Positions 10,096 through 18,718 of a stretch of DNA of 64,000 nucleotides are shown in pieces; position 1 is the first letter of the stretch, and each line of letters begins with the position of its first letter. The notes beneath the pieces are model-generated. The model was not told the DNA's origin and searched no databases. It saw nothing but the letters and a program-made list of their open reading frames with translations. A program made the position numbers and the translations under genes. The DNA is from an uncultured Actinomycetes bacterium (GTDB taxonomy: Bacteria; Actinomycetota; Actinomycetes; S36-B12; UBA10799), in assembly GCA_964474045.1 (NCBI GenBank), contig CAYYRC010000001.1:49023-113022 (forward strand), written 5' to 3'.

Positions 10096-11934
10096 ATGGG
10101 CTCACAGGCGCCCTCGAAGGGAGTAACAGTGTCTTCAGCACTGACACGCAGGGGGTTCCTGGGCCTCAGCGCCGCCCTCGCGGCATCGTTCGGGCTGCCG
10201 CGGGACGCCCTGGCGCGCACGCTCGCGGAGCCCGCCGCGCCCGCCGATGTGCCGTCGACGCTGCGGCAGACGATCCTGCAGCGCACGGTCGCCCAGAAGA
10301 ACAACTACCGCACGCTCACGACGGGTCCCGGCGAAGCTCCGATCGTGCGCCCGGACCTGGTCGCTGCTGACCCGGCGCCCGGCCGAGTGGCGGCTCGGCG
10401 TTCCCTGGCCTACCTGGGCCACACCTCGGACATCCACATCATCGACGCCCAGACTCCGGGCTGGCTCGATCCGGTGGCGGCCTTCGACTTCACGCTGCTG
10501 CCCGGCGTCTGTCGCCCGCAGGAGACGATGTCGGTGCACGTGCAGGGAGCCATGATCCAGGCGCTCAACGATGTGGCGCTCAGCCCCATCACGGGGGCGC
10601 CCATGCTGGCTCTGCTCAACACCGGCGACAACTCCGACCGCCTGAGCAACCTGGAGCTGCGCTGGTATATCGACCTGTTCGACGGCAAGTCCGTCACCCC
10701 CAACAGCGGCGCACCGGACAAGTACGAGGGCCCGCAGGCGTGGTCCGAGACCACCTACGCCTACCACCCGGACGATCCCAGCAACGACCCCTACGGCACC
10801 TATGGCTTCCCCACCATCCCCGGGCTGCTGGAGGCAGCCGTGACCAGCTCGGTGAAGTCGCCAGGTAGCCCGGCCCCCTGGTACACCGTCTACGGCAACC
10901 ACGACACCACTCTCAACGGCACTTTCGAGATCGACTCGTCGTTCCGCAACCTGGCCACGGGCAGCCAGCGCGGCTACGCCTTCCCCGGGTTCGCGTCCAG
11001 CCTGTTCCGCGGCATGGCGACCGACATCAGCGCCACCACGCGGCTGATCGATGCGCTGCGCCAGCAGTTCGGCAACAACCCGGGCTTCAAGACCGTCACC
11101 GCCGACCCGGCGCGCAAGATGCTGGGCGGCGTGGAGTTCATGCAGCAGCACCTCGACACCCCGGATAACCCCGGACCGGTCGGACACGGGTTCACGCAGG
11201 AGAACATCGACAACAAGACCACCTACTGGCAGGCCGACGTCGGACCCGCGCTGCGGCTGTTCGGCCTCGACACCTGCAACCAGGTGGTGGGAGCCGATGG
11301 CGCGGTTCCGCAGTCGCAGTTCGACTGGCTGCAAGCGCAGCTGAAGCAGGCGCAGACCGACGGCAAGCTGGCCATCGTGCTCAGCCACCACAACAGCCTC
11401 ACGCTCGAGAACACCGCCCACAACGTGTTCGACCCGGGCGAGACGCTGATCCACGGCGAGGAGTTCGTGGACATGTTGCTGCAGTACCCGAACCTGGTGG
11501 CGTGGCTCAACGGCCACACGCACATCAACACGATCCAGGCGCACCCCAAGAAGGGCGGCGTCGGCGGGTTCTGGGAGATCACCACCGCATCGTGCATCGA
11601 CTACCCGCAGCAGGCTCAGGTGGTGGAGCTGGTGGACAACAAGGACGGCACGATGTCGATCTTCTGCGTCGTCCTGGACCACGCCTCGCCGGCGGCCTGG
11701 AACCCTGGCGACTTCTCACAGGTGGGTTTGGCGTCGCTGAGCCGCGAGCTCGCGTCCAACGACTGGTCGGCGGACCCGCTGATGCGGCGGGGCTCGCCGC
11801 TGGACCGCAACACCGAGTTGCTGCTGCCGGCGCCGTTCGACCTCTCTTCGATCACCGATGCGGCGCTTGAGACCGAGTTCGCAACCCGCAAGGCGCAGGT
11901 CGCCGCTGCGGCCAGCCAGGGAGGATCCCAATGA
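10096..11934 (+). CDS. Tat-secreted metallophosphoesterase (PPA1498/TIGR03767-like)
   Basis: Track ORF trimmed to the ATG at 10096. Twin-arginine signal LTRRGFLGLSAALAA, plus metallophosphoesterase blocks GHTSDIHI, NTGDNSD, YGNHD, LSHH and NGHTHIN. Confidence 0.75.
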   Translation: MGSQAPSKGVTVSSALTRRGFLGLSAALAASFGLPRDALARTLAEPAAPADVPSTLRQTILQRTVAQKNNYRTLTTGPGEAPIVRPDLVAADPAPGRVAARRSLAYLGHTSDIHIIDAQTPGWLDPVAAFDFTLLPGVCRPQETMSVHVQGAMIQALNDVALSPITGAPMLALLNTGDNSDRLSNLELRWYIDLFDGKSVTPNSGAPDKYEGPQAWSETTYAYHPDDPSNDPYGTYGFPTIPGLLEAAVTSSVKSPGSPAPWYTVYGNHDTTLNGTFEIDSSFRNLATGSQRGYAFPGFASSLFRGMATDISATTRLIDALRQQFGNNPGFKTVTADPARKMLGGVEFMQQHLDTPDNPGPVGHGFTQENIDNKTTYWQADVGPALRLFGLDTCNQVVGADGAVPQSQFDWLQAQLKQAQTDGKLAIVLSHHNSLTLENTAHNVFDPGETLIHGEEFVDMLLQYPNLVAWLNGHTHINTIQAHPKKGGVGGFWEITTASCIDYPQQAQVVELVDNKDGTMSIFCVVLDHASPAAWNPGDFSQVGLASLSRELASNDWSADPLMRRGSPLDRNTELLLPAPFDLSSITDAALETEFATRKAQVAAAASQGGSQ

Positions 11935-12341
11935 GAAGGCTGACCATCGTCGCGGCAGCCGGCGTCGCCGTCGCCGGGCTGGCCGGCTGCTCGCAGGTCC
12001 AGCAGTTGCAGCCGGTCGCCGGCGACGCCGAGATCTCGGTGCGGGCCACCACGATCGACGTCGCTCTGGGCGCCGGCCTGACCTTCAAGTCAGCGCCCAC
12101 GTGCGAGTTCTCGGGGACCCACTTCAACTGCCAGGGCCTCGCCACCGACGGCCGCGCGGTGATCGGGGAGGCCGACCAGTACACGACGCCGGAGGTCCCG
12201 GAGCAGTACAAGGCCGACTTGCCGAAGGATGCGGCCGCCGCGGACAAGTTCATCGTCATCAAGGTCACTGCCGGCGACGCCACCCTCTACCAGGGTCTGA
12301 CCGGCAAGATCCTGGAGCAGAACGCGAGGACAGCCCAATGA
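11931..12341 (+). CDS. Hypothetical lipoprotein
   Basis: 136 aa with an ATGA overlap onto the upstream gene and the lipobox VAGLAGCSQ. No family recognised. Confidence 0.6.
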   Translation: MRRLTIVAAAGVAVAGLAGCSQVQQLQPVAGDAEISVRATTIDVALGAGLTFKSAPTCEFSGTHFNCQGLATDGRAVIGEADQYTTPEVPEQYKADLPKDAAAADKFIVIKVTAGDATLYQGLTGKILEQNARTAQ

Positions 12342-13075
12342 GCGACGTCGCCACCAAGCCCGCCGACAGCGGCTCCGCGCCCGCGCCCGCGGTGCCCAAG
12401 AAGTACGGCTTCTCGGCGCTGCTGACGGGGCTGGCCCGGATGTGGCGCGGGACTGCCCCGGCCCTGATCGTGATCATCGTCAACGCGATCGTGCAGGCGG
12501 TGCTGGTCTTCTGGAACGCTGGTGTGGGCCTGAATGCGCCCTTCATCATCTCGTTCATCATCTCGTTGGCGGTGCTCCTGGTGTCCTTCGCGGTCCTCAG
12601 CCGCACAGCGCTGGAGGCCGTGGACGGGAAGGTGTCGCTCTCCGGCGCCATGTCGTCGACGACCCCGATCCTGGGCAACTTCGTGCTCTGGGCCGTGGTG
12701 CTGTTCGTGCTCGTGACGATCGGTTTCATGGTCTATCCGTTCCTCGGGCTGCTGGTTGCCTGGCTGTTGGCCTTCCTGGCCCCGGCCGCGGCAGACGGGC
12801 AGAGGAACGCGATCGGGGCTAACTTCCGGGCTCTCAAGGATCGCTGGGGGCGCTGGCTCATCACCTCGATCCTGCTGACCATCGGTGGTCTGATCATGTT
12901 CCTGCTCATGGCCGTGAACGTGTTCTTCATCCATGGCTTCATGGCCTCGCTCATCGGCTGGCTGGTGCTGGGCCTGGTCGCGTGGTGGCTGCTGACGGCC
13001 TGGTCGGCGATCTACCGCAGCACCAAGGTCGGCGCAGCCGGCGGAGCCGATGCGGCGCCCGCCGACGGCGACTGA
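12338..13075 (+). CDS. Hypothetical polytopic membrane protein
   Basis: In-frame ATG at 12338 (ATGA overlap) within track ORF 11858..13075. About 6 hydrophobic helices. The opposite-strand ORF 12287..13225 is Arg/His/Asp-rich and looks like a shadow frame. Confidence 0.6.
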   Translation: MSDVATKPADSGSAPAPAVPKKYGFSALLTGLARMWRGTAPALIVIIVNAIVQAVLVFWNAGVGLNAPFIISFIISLAVLLVSFAVLSRTALEAVDGKVSLSGAMSSTTPILGNFVLWAVVLFVLVTIGFMVYPFLGLLVAWLLAFLAPAAADGQRNAIGANFRALKDRWGRWLITSILLTIGGLIMFLLMAVNVFFIHGFMASLIGWLVLGLVAWWLLTAWSAIYRSTKVGAAGGADAAPADGD

Positions 13076-13163
13076 GCGCCATTCGTGCGGGCGCGGGTCG
13101 CGCACGTCCACTACACTGCGTAATATACGTTCCATGCGGGGGAGCGCAGCACGAGAGGTGTGA

Positions 13164-13805
13164 GTGACGATGAGTGGCAGGCGTAGCAGGGCGGAGACCC
13201 GCGCCAAGATGATCGATGCGGCCATCGCTGTGTTCTCCGAACGTGGCTATGCAGGTGCCTCGATCGAGGCGATCGCCCGCGAGTCGGGCATGACGATCGG
13301 GGCGCTGTACTCGAACTTCAGCGGTAAGCGCGACCTCTTCATGGCGGCGCTGCGTGTGAGCACCGGCAGGGGCGCCGACCCGGGGCCGCAGCAGCTCGAC
13401 CCCGACGTCGTCGCCAACTCCCGCGAGCGGCTGGTCGCCGACGGCGCCGCCTTCATGACCCAGGTGCGGGCGCAGCCGCAACGCTTCCGGCTCCTGGTGT
13501 GGTCGATGATGGACGCCGCCAACGACGCCGACGTGCGCTCGGTGGTGGTGGAGGTTCTGCGCGAGCAGCGCCAGCTCCAGAGCGATCTGCTGGCGGACGT
13601 CATCACCCCCGAGTCTGGCGGGCTGACCACGGACCAAGGCGCCGTCGCCCTCAACAGTATGGCGATCGGCTTCGCGCTGCAGCAGATGGTGGACCCGGAG
13701 CTGGTGGGAGCTGCCGAAGGCGCCGAGGCCCTGCGCGTCTTCGTGTCGACCATCGCCGGCGAAGCGGCTCCGGCCGTGGCTACCGGGGCAGACGCGTCAA
13801 GGTGA
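13164..13805 (+). CDS. TetR family transcriptional regulator
   Basis: N-terminal HTH block RAKMIDAAIAVFSERGYAGASIEAIARESGMTIGALYSNFSGKRDLF. Confidence 0.85.
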   Translation: MTMSGRRSRAETRAKMIDAAIAVFSERGYAGASIEAIARESGMTIGALYSNFSGKRDLFMAALRVSTGRGADPGPQQLDPDVVANSRERLVADGAAFMTQVRAQPQRFRLLVWSMMDAANDADVRSVVVEVLREQRQLQSDLLADVITPESGGLTTDQGAVALNSMAIGFALQQMVDPELVGAAEGAEALRVFVSTIAGEAAPAVATGADASR

Positions 13806-14634
13806 CGGTCACGCCGAGGGCCTCTGACGAGCCCCCGGCGTAGATGCCCTTGAGCGGGCTGACGTCCGCGTAGTCCCTGCCGCGGGCCACCACGACGTGG
13901 CCCTCGCCGACGACGCGGCCGTTGGTCGGGTCCAGGCCGTGCCAGTCGCCGTCCCACACCTCGACCCAGGCATGCGACTCTCCTGTCACCTGTTCGCCGA
14001 TCTCGCCGCTGCCGGTGTAGAGGTAGCCGGACACGTATCGGGCGGGGATGCCCAGGGCTCGCAGCAGCGACAGCGTCACGTGGGTGAAGTCCTGGCAGAC
14101 TCCGGCCGCGTTGTCCCAGGCCTCCGCGGCAGTGGTGAAGACGGTCGTGGCCCCGGGGGTGTAGCGCATGCGGGACTCCACCGCACCAACAGCGGCGGCG
14201 ATCGCGTCGGCGGGGGACGGCAGCAGGCGCAGCTCCTTCACCAGCGGGCCGCGCTCGGACCCGGCGGCGGCCTCATCGACGAAAGCGCTCGGCCGCAGGT
14301 ACTCGCACCAGCGGTCCTGGACCGCGGGGTCGGCCAGCTCATCCCAGGTCGTGGTCGTGGCTGGCGGAGTCGTCTGCGAGGTCTCAACGACGCTGCTCGC
14401 CGTGACGTCCAGCAGGGTGTGCGCCTCGTGCAGGTCGAACGCCTCGACCAGCGTGCCCCAGTAGTCGGTGTAGGTCTGGATCCGCGCCGACGGCGTCGCC
14501 CGCAACTCGTGGGCGATCAGCAGTTGCCCGCCGCCGTCCGCCGGCGTCATGCGGGCCTCGTTGAACGATGCCGAGACGGGTTCGGAGTAGCGCAACCCGG
14601 TGTGGTGGATGACCTTCAGCCGCCAGCTCATCAT
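13780..14634 (-). CDS. Transglutaminase-like protein (Bact_transglu_N plus transglutaminase core)
   Basis: Track ORF 13780..15735 trimmed to MMSWRLKV at 14634, which makes an ATGA overlap with the alpha-E stop. The Cys-His-Asp core is CQDFTHVTLSLLRALGIPARYVSGY...HAWVEVW. Confidence 0.85.
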   Translation of the reverse strand: MMSWRLKVIHHTGLRYSEPVSASFNEARMTPADGGGQLLIAHELRATPSARIQTYTDYWGTLVEAFDLHEAHTLLDVTASSVVETSQTTPPATTTTWDELADPAVQDRWCEYLRPSAFVDEAAAGSERGPLVKELRLLPSPADAIAAAVGAVESRMRYTPGATTVFTTAAEAWDNAAGVCQDFTHVTLSLLRALGIPARYVSGYLYTGSGEIGEQVTGESHAWVEVWDGDWHGLDPTNGRVVGEGHVVVARGRDYADVSPLKGIYAGGSSEALGVTVTLTRLPR

Positions 14635-15551
14635 TGACTCCACACGATGGTTCCGGCCTGCCGGAAGAAGGCGTCGGAGACCTCCGCCCCAGCCTCGCCG
14701 GCGGCGGCCATCGCGCTCTCGGCCATCGCGTCGATGGTCTGCGGCGACGGCGCGGAGGCCGAGAACTCCAGCTCGCTCTGCAGCATGCCGACGGTGCGCA
14801 GCAAGCTTCCGCTGGTGTCCAGCGACCCTTGCGCCTCGAGTTCCCGCACCGTCGTCACCGCTCCCCGGGCCGAGCCCAGCATGGACCGCGGGAAGAGCGG
14901 GTCGAGCACCAGGAAGCCGCGCACCTGCTCGGCGTTCATGGGGTTGCGGCCGCGCAGGAAGGCGTGCAGGCCGCCGGAGGCGCGCAGCATGGCCACGGGT
15001 CCGGACTCCGGCCACAGCGACTCGTGGTGCACTGCGAGCAGGCGGCCCGTCATGTCGATGCGCTCGATGGTCCGGCCCAGCCGCAGGAACAGGTAGCCCT
15101 CGTCGCGCGGAGAGGTCCAGTCGATAACGCCGTGCACGATCGCCAGGCGCTCCAGCACCCCGTGCAGGAGGACGCCCGGGCTGCGGATGTCGGGTTTCGA
15201 GACCGCCAGGGTGAGTCGCATATCGACGCTGTTGAGCGCCTCGAACACCTCGCCGGACAGCGCGTCGCGGATGGCGCGGGCGTTCTCGCGCGCGGCGTGC
15301 ACAGAGCCGCTGATGGTGCCGGTGTCCTCGGGCGTCCCCAGCACCTGTCGGGCCAGGGCCCCGGGCGTCGTCGCCGGCTCGTCCGGGTCCAGCTGCAGGG
15401 CCTCGAGCAGCACCTGGGCACCGCGCGCAGGCGTGACGCGCTTGTCCTCGACGATCAGCTGGTGGTGCTCGGCGAGCAGCCTGGCGCTGGCCTCCGAGCG
15501 CTCGATGTAGCGCCCGATCCAGTAGAAGCTCTCGGCCAACCTGCTCAGCAT
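14631..15551 (-). CDS. Alpha-E domain protein (DUF403)
   Basis: 306 aa with the canonical N-terminus MLSRLAESFYWIGRYIERSE. Confidence 0.85.
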   Translation of the reverse strand: MLSRLAESFYWIGRYIERSEASARLLAEHHQLIVEDKRVTPARGAQVLLEALQLDPDEPATTPGALARQVLGTPEDTGTISGSVHAARENARAIRDALSGEVFEALNSVDMRLTLAVSKPDIRSPGVLLHGVLERLAIVHGVIDWTSPRDEGYLFLRLGRTIERIDMTGRLLAVHHESLWPESGPVAMLRASGGLHAFLRGRNPMNAEQVRGFLVLDPLFPRSMLGSARGAVTTVRELEAQGSLDTSGSLLRTVGMLQSELEFSASAPSPQTIDAMAESAMAAAGEAGAEVSDAFFRQAGTIVWSQ

Positions 15552-17176
15552 GGTGCGCCACCGCCCTGCTGTTGTTGCTGCTCAGCCTGCTGCCGCATGC
15601 GCTCCTCGGTGACAGTGGGGCCCTGTTCCCGCCAGGCCGGGCGCCGGCGGTAGCGGCGCCCGATGTCGATGAAGCCGGCCGAGGTCCCATCCGCCACGGC
15701 GGGGGAGGGCTCGGAGCTGATGCCGCCAAGACCATCGTCCAGCACCCAGGTGTCCTTAGAGCCCCCGCCCTGGGACGAGTTCACCACCAGGCTGCCGCGG
15801 CGCAGCGCGACCCTGGTGAGGCCGCCGGGCAGCACCCAGACGCTCTCGCCGTCGTTGACCGCGAAGGGCCGTAGGTCGACGTGGCGCGGCTCCACGGCGC
15901 CGTCGCCCACGGCGGTTGGCGACGTGCTCAGCGTCAGCACCGGCTGCGCCACCCACGCCCGCGGCTCGGCCTGGATCGCCTCGGCCACCCGGGACAGCTC
16001 CTCGTCGTCGGCCTGGTGGCCCATGACCAGGCCGTAGCCGCCCGAGCCGTCCACCGGCTTGAGCACCATGGTGTCCAGCCGCTCCAGGACGAATGCGCGC
16101 ACCTCGTCGTCCTGCAGGTCATACGTGGGGACGTTGGGCAGGATCGGCTTCTCGCCCAGGTAGTACTCGATGATCTGCGGCACGTAGGGGTACAGCGCCT
16201 TGTCGTCGGCGACGCCGTTGCCCACTGCGTTGGCCAGTGACACCGTCCCGGCCCGGGCGGCGTTGAGGATGCCGGGAATCCCGAGGATGCTGTCGGGCCG
16301 AAAGTGCACGGGGTCGAGGTAGTCGTCATCGATCCGGCGGTAGATCACGTGCACCTGGCGCGGACCCGTGGTGGTGCGCACGAACACGCTGCCGTCGCGG
16401 CAGAACAGGTCGCGGCCCTCGACGAGCTCCACCCCCATCCGCCGGGCCAGGAAGGCGTGCTCGAAGTGCGCCGAGTTGTGCACGCCCGGGGTCAGCACCA
16501 CCACGTTGGGGTCCGGCACGCCGCGCGGAGCCGCTGCGACGAGCGAGGCGAGCAGCTTCTCTGGGTACTCCGAGATTCCCCGCACGCGCTGGGTCGGGAA
16601 GAGCTCCGGCACGACGTGGGCCAAGGTGCGACGGTTCTCCAGCACGTACGAGACCCCGGACGGGTTGCGCAGGTTGTCCTCGAGCACCCGGATGGTGCCC
16701 TCCTGATCCCTGACGAGATCGACCCCGGCGACGTGGATGCGCACCCCGTTGGGGGGCGAGAAGCCGTGCGCGGCGCGGTGGAAGTGGGCCGACGACGTCA
16801 CCAGGGCTCGCGGCACCACCTGCTCAGACAGGATCTGACCGGCGCCGTACACATCGGCCAGGAACATCTCCAGCGCCTTAATCCGCTGTCCCACGCCCTG
16901 GTCGATGGTGCGCCACTCGGCCGCCGCGATGACCCTGGGGATGAGGTCCATGGGCAGCGGCCGCTCCCGCCCGCTCAGCGTGAAGGTGATCCCCTGCGCG
17001 GTCAGGTGGCTGTCCCGGACGCGGCCGCGTTCCCGCAGCCCGTCCGGGCCGAGGGCGGCCAGGGCCGCGTCCAGCTGCGCCAGCCCGGCGCGGGGGAGCC
17101 CGGCGTCGTCGAAGATCTCGTCGTACGCGCCCGGGGTCGGCGCGTAGCGGCCCGGCCCCGGCTCCTCGGCGGTCAT
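15545..17176 (-). CDS. Circularly permuted type-2 ATP-grasp protein (DUF404/DUF407)
   Basis: 543 aa. Blocks VLKPVDGSGGYGLVMG, HVDLRPF and GGLTRVAL...SSQGGGSKDTWVL. It overlaps the alpha-E gene by 7 nt. Confidence 0.85.
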   Translation of the reverse strand: MTAEEPGPGRYAPTPGAYDEIFDDAGLPRAGLAQLDAALAALGPDGLRERGRVRDSHLTAQGITFTLSGRERPLPMDLIPRVIAAAEWRTIDQGVGQRIKALEMFLADVYGAGQILSEQVVPRALVTSSAHFHRAAHGFSPPNGVRIHVAGVDLVRDQEGTIRVLEDNLRNPSGVSYVLENRRTLAHVVPELFPTQRVRGISEYPEKLLASLVAAAPRGVPDPNVVVLTPGVHNSAHFEHAFLARRMGVELVEGRDLFCRDGSVFVRTTTGPRQVHVIYRRIDDDYLDPVHFRPDSILGIPGILNAARAGTVSLANAVGNGVADDKALYPYVPQIIEYYLGEKPILPNVPTYDLQDDEVRAFVLERLDTMVLKPVDGSGGYGLVMGHQADDEELSRVAEAIQAEPRAWVAQPVLTLSTSPTAVGDGAVEPRHVDLRPFAVNDGESVWVLPGGLTRVALRRGSLVVNSSQGGGSKDTWVLDDGLGGISSEPSPAVADGTSAGFIDIGRRYRRRPAWREQGPTVTEERMRQQAEQQQQQGGGAPC

Positions 17177-17211
17177 AGGCGGCTCCCAACTCCGCTCACA
17201 CCTTACTGGTC

Positions 17212-18714
17212 GTGTGGAATGTCAGGAAGGCACGCGCGCGCCTGGACCGACGCACTACTGTGAGCGACACCAAGAGACCATGGCAGGAGCAGGAAGGAAG
17301 CCCCGTGGCTGGTGCGCCGCTGTACCCCCTCGGGGCGACGCTTCCTGTGGGCGTGGCCGACGACTACCGACAGCGGGTCGATCGGCTGCTCGCGGACTAC
17401 GCGGCCATCCCGCCGGGGGCGCCGGTGCGCCTGGCCAAGAAGACGTCGAACCTGTTCCGCATCCGGGAGCAGGCCACCGCCCCCGGCGTCGACGTCGGCG
17501 CCTTCGCCGGCGTGCTCTGGGTGGACCCCGTCAACCGCACCGCGGACGTGCTGGGGATGACCACGTACGAGGACCTCGTCGACGCCACGCTCGCCTACGG
17601 GCTGATGCCGCTGGTGGTGCCGCAGCTCAAGACGATCACCCTGGGCGGGGCGGTGACCGGCCTGGGGATCGAGTCGACGTCCTTCCGGGACGGGCTGCCG
17701 CACGAGTCGGTGATCGAGATGGACGTGCTCACTGGTGCCGGCGAGGTCGTGACCGCCCGGCCCGACGGCGAGCACGCCGATCTCTTCTTCGGCTTCCCCA
17801 ACTCCTACGGCACGCTTGGCTACGCCCTTCGGCTGCGGATCGAGCTGGCACCGGTCCACCCGTTCGTCGAGCTCGAGCACGTCCGCTTCGGCTCCGCTGC
17901 GGCTGCCGCCGCGGCGCTCGAGCGCATCACCGACGAGCGGGTCCACGACGGCCGGCCGGTGGACTTCCTGGACGGCACTGTGTTCGCGCCCGATGAGGTG
18001 TATCTGACCCTTGGGCGGTGGGCCGACGCCGCGCCGTACACCTCCGACTACACCGGCCGCGAGATCTACTACCGGTCCATCGCCGAGCGCACCCGCGACT
18101 TCCTGACAGTCAGGGACTACATCTGGCGCTGGGACACCGACTGGTTCTGGTGCTCGGCCGGCGTCGGCGCCCAGAACCGGTATCTGCGCCCGCTGATCCC
18201 GAAGCGCTACCTGCGCTCGGAGGTGTACTTCAAGATCATCGCGGCCAGCCGGCGCTCTGGCTTCGTTGATCGCTGGGACGCCGTGCGCGGCAGGCCCCAG
18301 CGCGAGTTCGTGATCCAGGACATCGAGGTCCCGGTGGGCCGGCTGGCCGAGTTCCTGGCCTTCTTCGACGCCGAGGTCGGAATCTCGCCGGTGTGGCTTT
18401 GCCCGCTGCGCCAGCGCGACCCGGAGCACCGCTGGGACCTCTACGTCTTGCGTCCCGACGAGACCTACGTCAACGTCGGCTTCTGGTCCAGCGTGGCGGT
18501 GCGGCCGGGCGCGGCGGTGGGGGACGTGAACCGGGCCATCGAGGTGGAGGTCGAGCGGCTGGGCGGCCGCAAGTCGCTGTACTCGTCGGCCTACTACCCG
18601 GTGGACGATTTCTGGCGGATCTACAACGGTCAGACCTACGAGCAGCTCCGCAAGCGCTACGACCCGGACGCGCGGCTGCTTGACCTATACGACAAGTGCG
18701 TGAGCGGAAGGTGA
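17212..18714 (+). CDS. FAD-binding oxidoreductase (BfaA-like, partner of the Cfa-type methyltransferase)
   Basis: 500 aa, with an alternative GTG start at 17260. PCMH-type FAD-binding block PQLKTITLGGAVTGLGIESTSFRDGLPHE. The next gene starts 5 nt downstream. Confidence 0.7.
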   Translation: MWNVRKARARLDRRTTVSDTKRPWQEQEGSPVAGAPLYPLGATLPVGVADDYRQRVDRLLADYAAIPPGAPVRLAKKTSNLFRIREQATAPGVDVGAFAGVLWVDPVNRTADVLGMTTYEDLVDATLAYGLMPLVVPQLKTITLGGAVTGLGIESTSFRDGLPHESVIEMDVLTGAGEVVTARPDGEHADLFFGFPNSYGTLGYALRLRIELAPVHPFVELEHVRFGSAAAAAAALERITDERVHDGRPVDFLDGTVFAPDEVYLTLGRWADAAPYTSDYTGREIYYRSIAERTRDFLTVRDYIWRWDTDWFWCSAGVGAQNRYLRPLIPKRYLRSEVYFKIIAASRRSGFVDRWDAVRGRPQREFVIQDIEVPVGRLAEFLAFFDAEVGISPVWLCPLRQRDPEHRWDLYVLRPDETYVNVGFWSSVAVRPGAAVGDVNRAIEVEVERLGGRKSLYSSAYYPVDDFWRIYNGQTYEQLRKRYDPDARLLDLYDKCVSGR

Positions 18715-18718
18715 TTCG

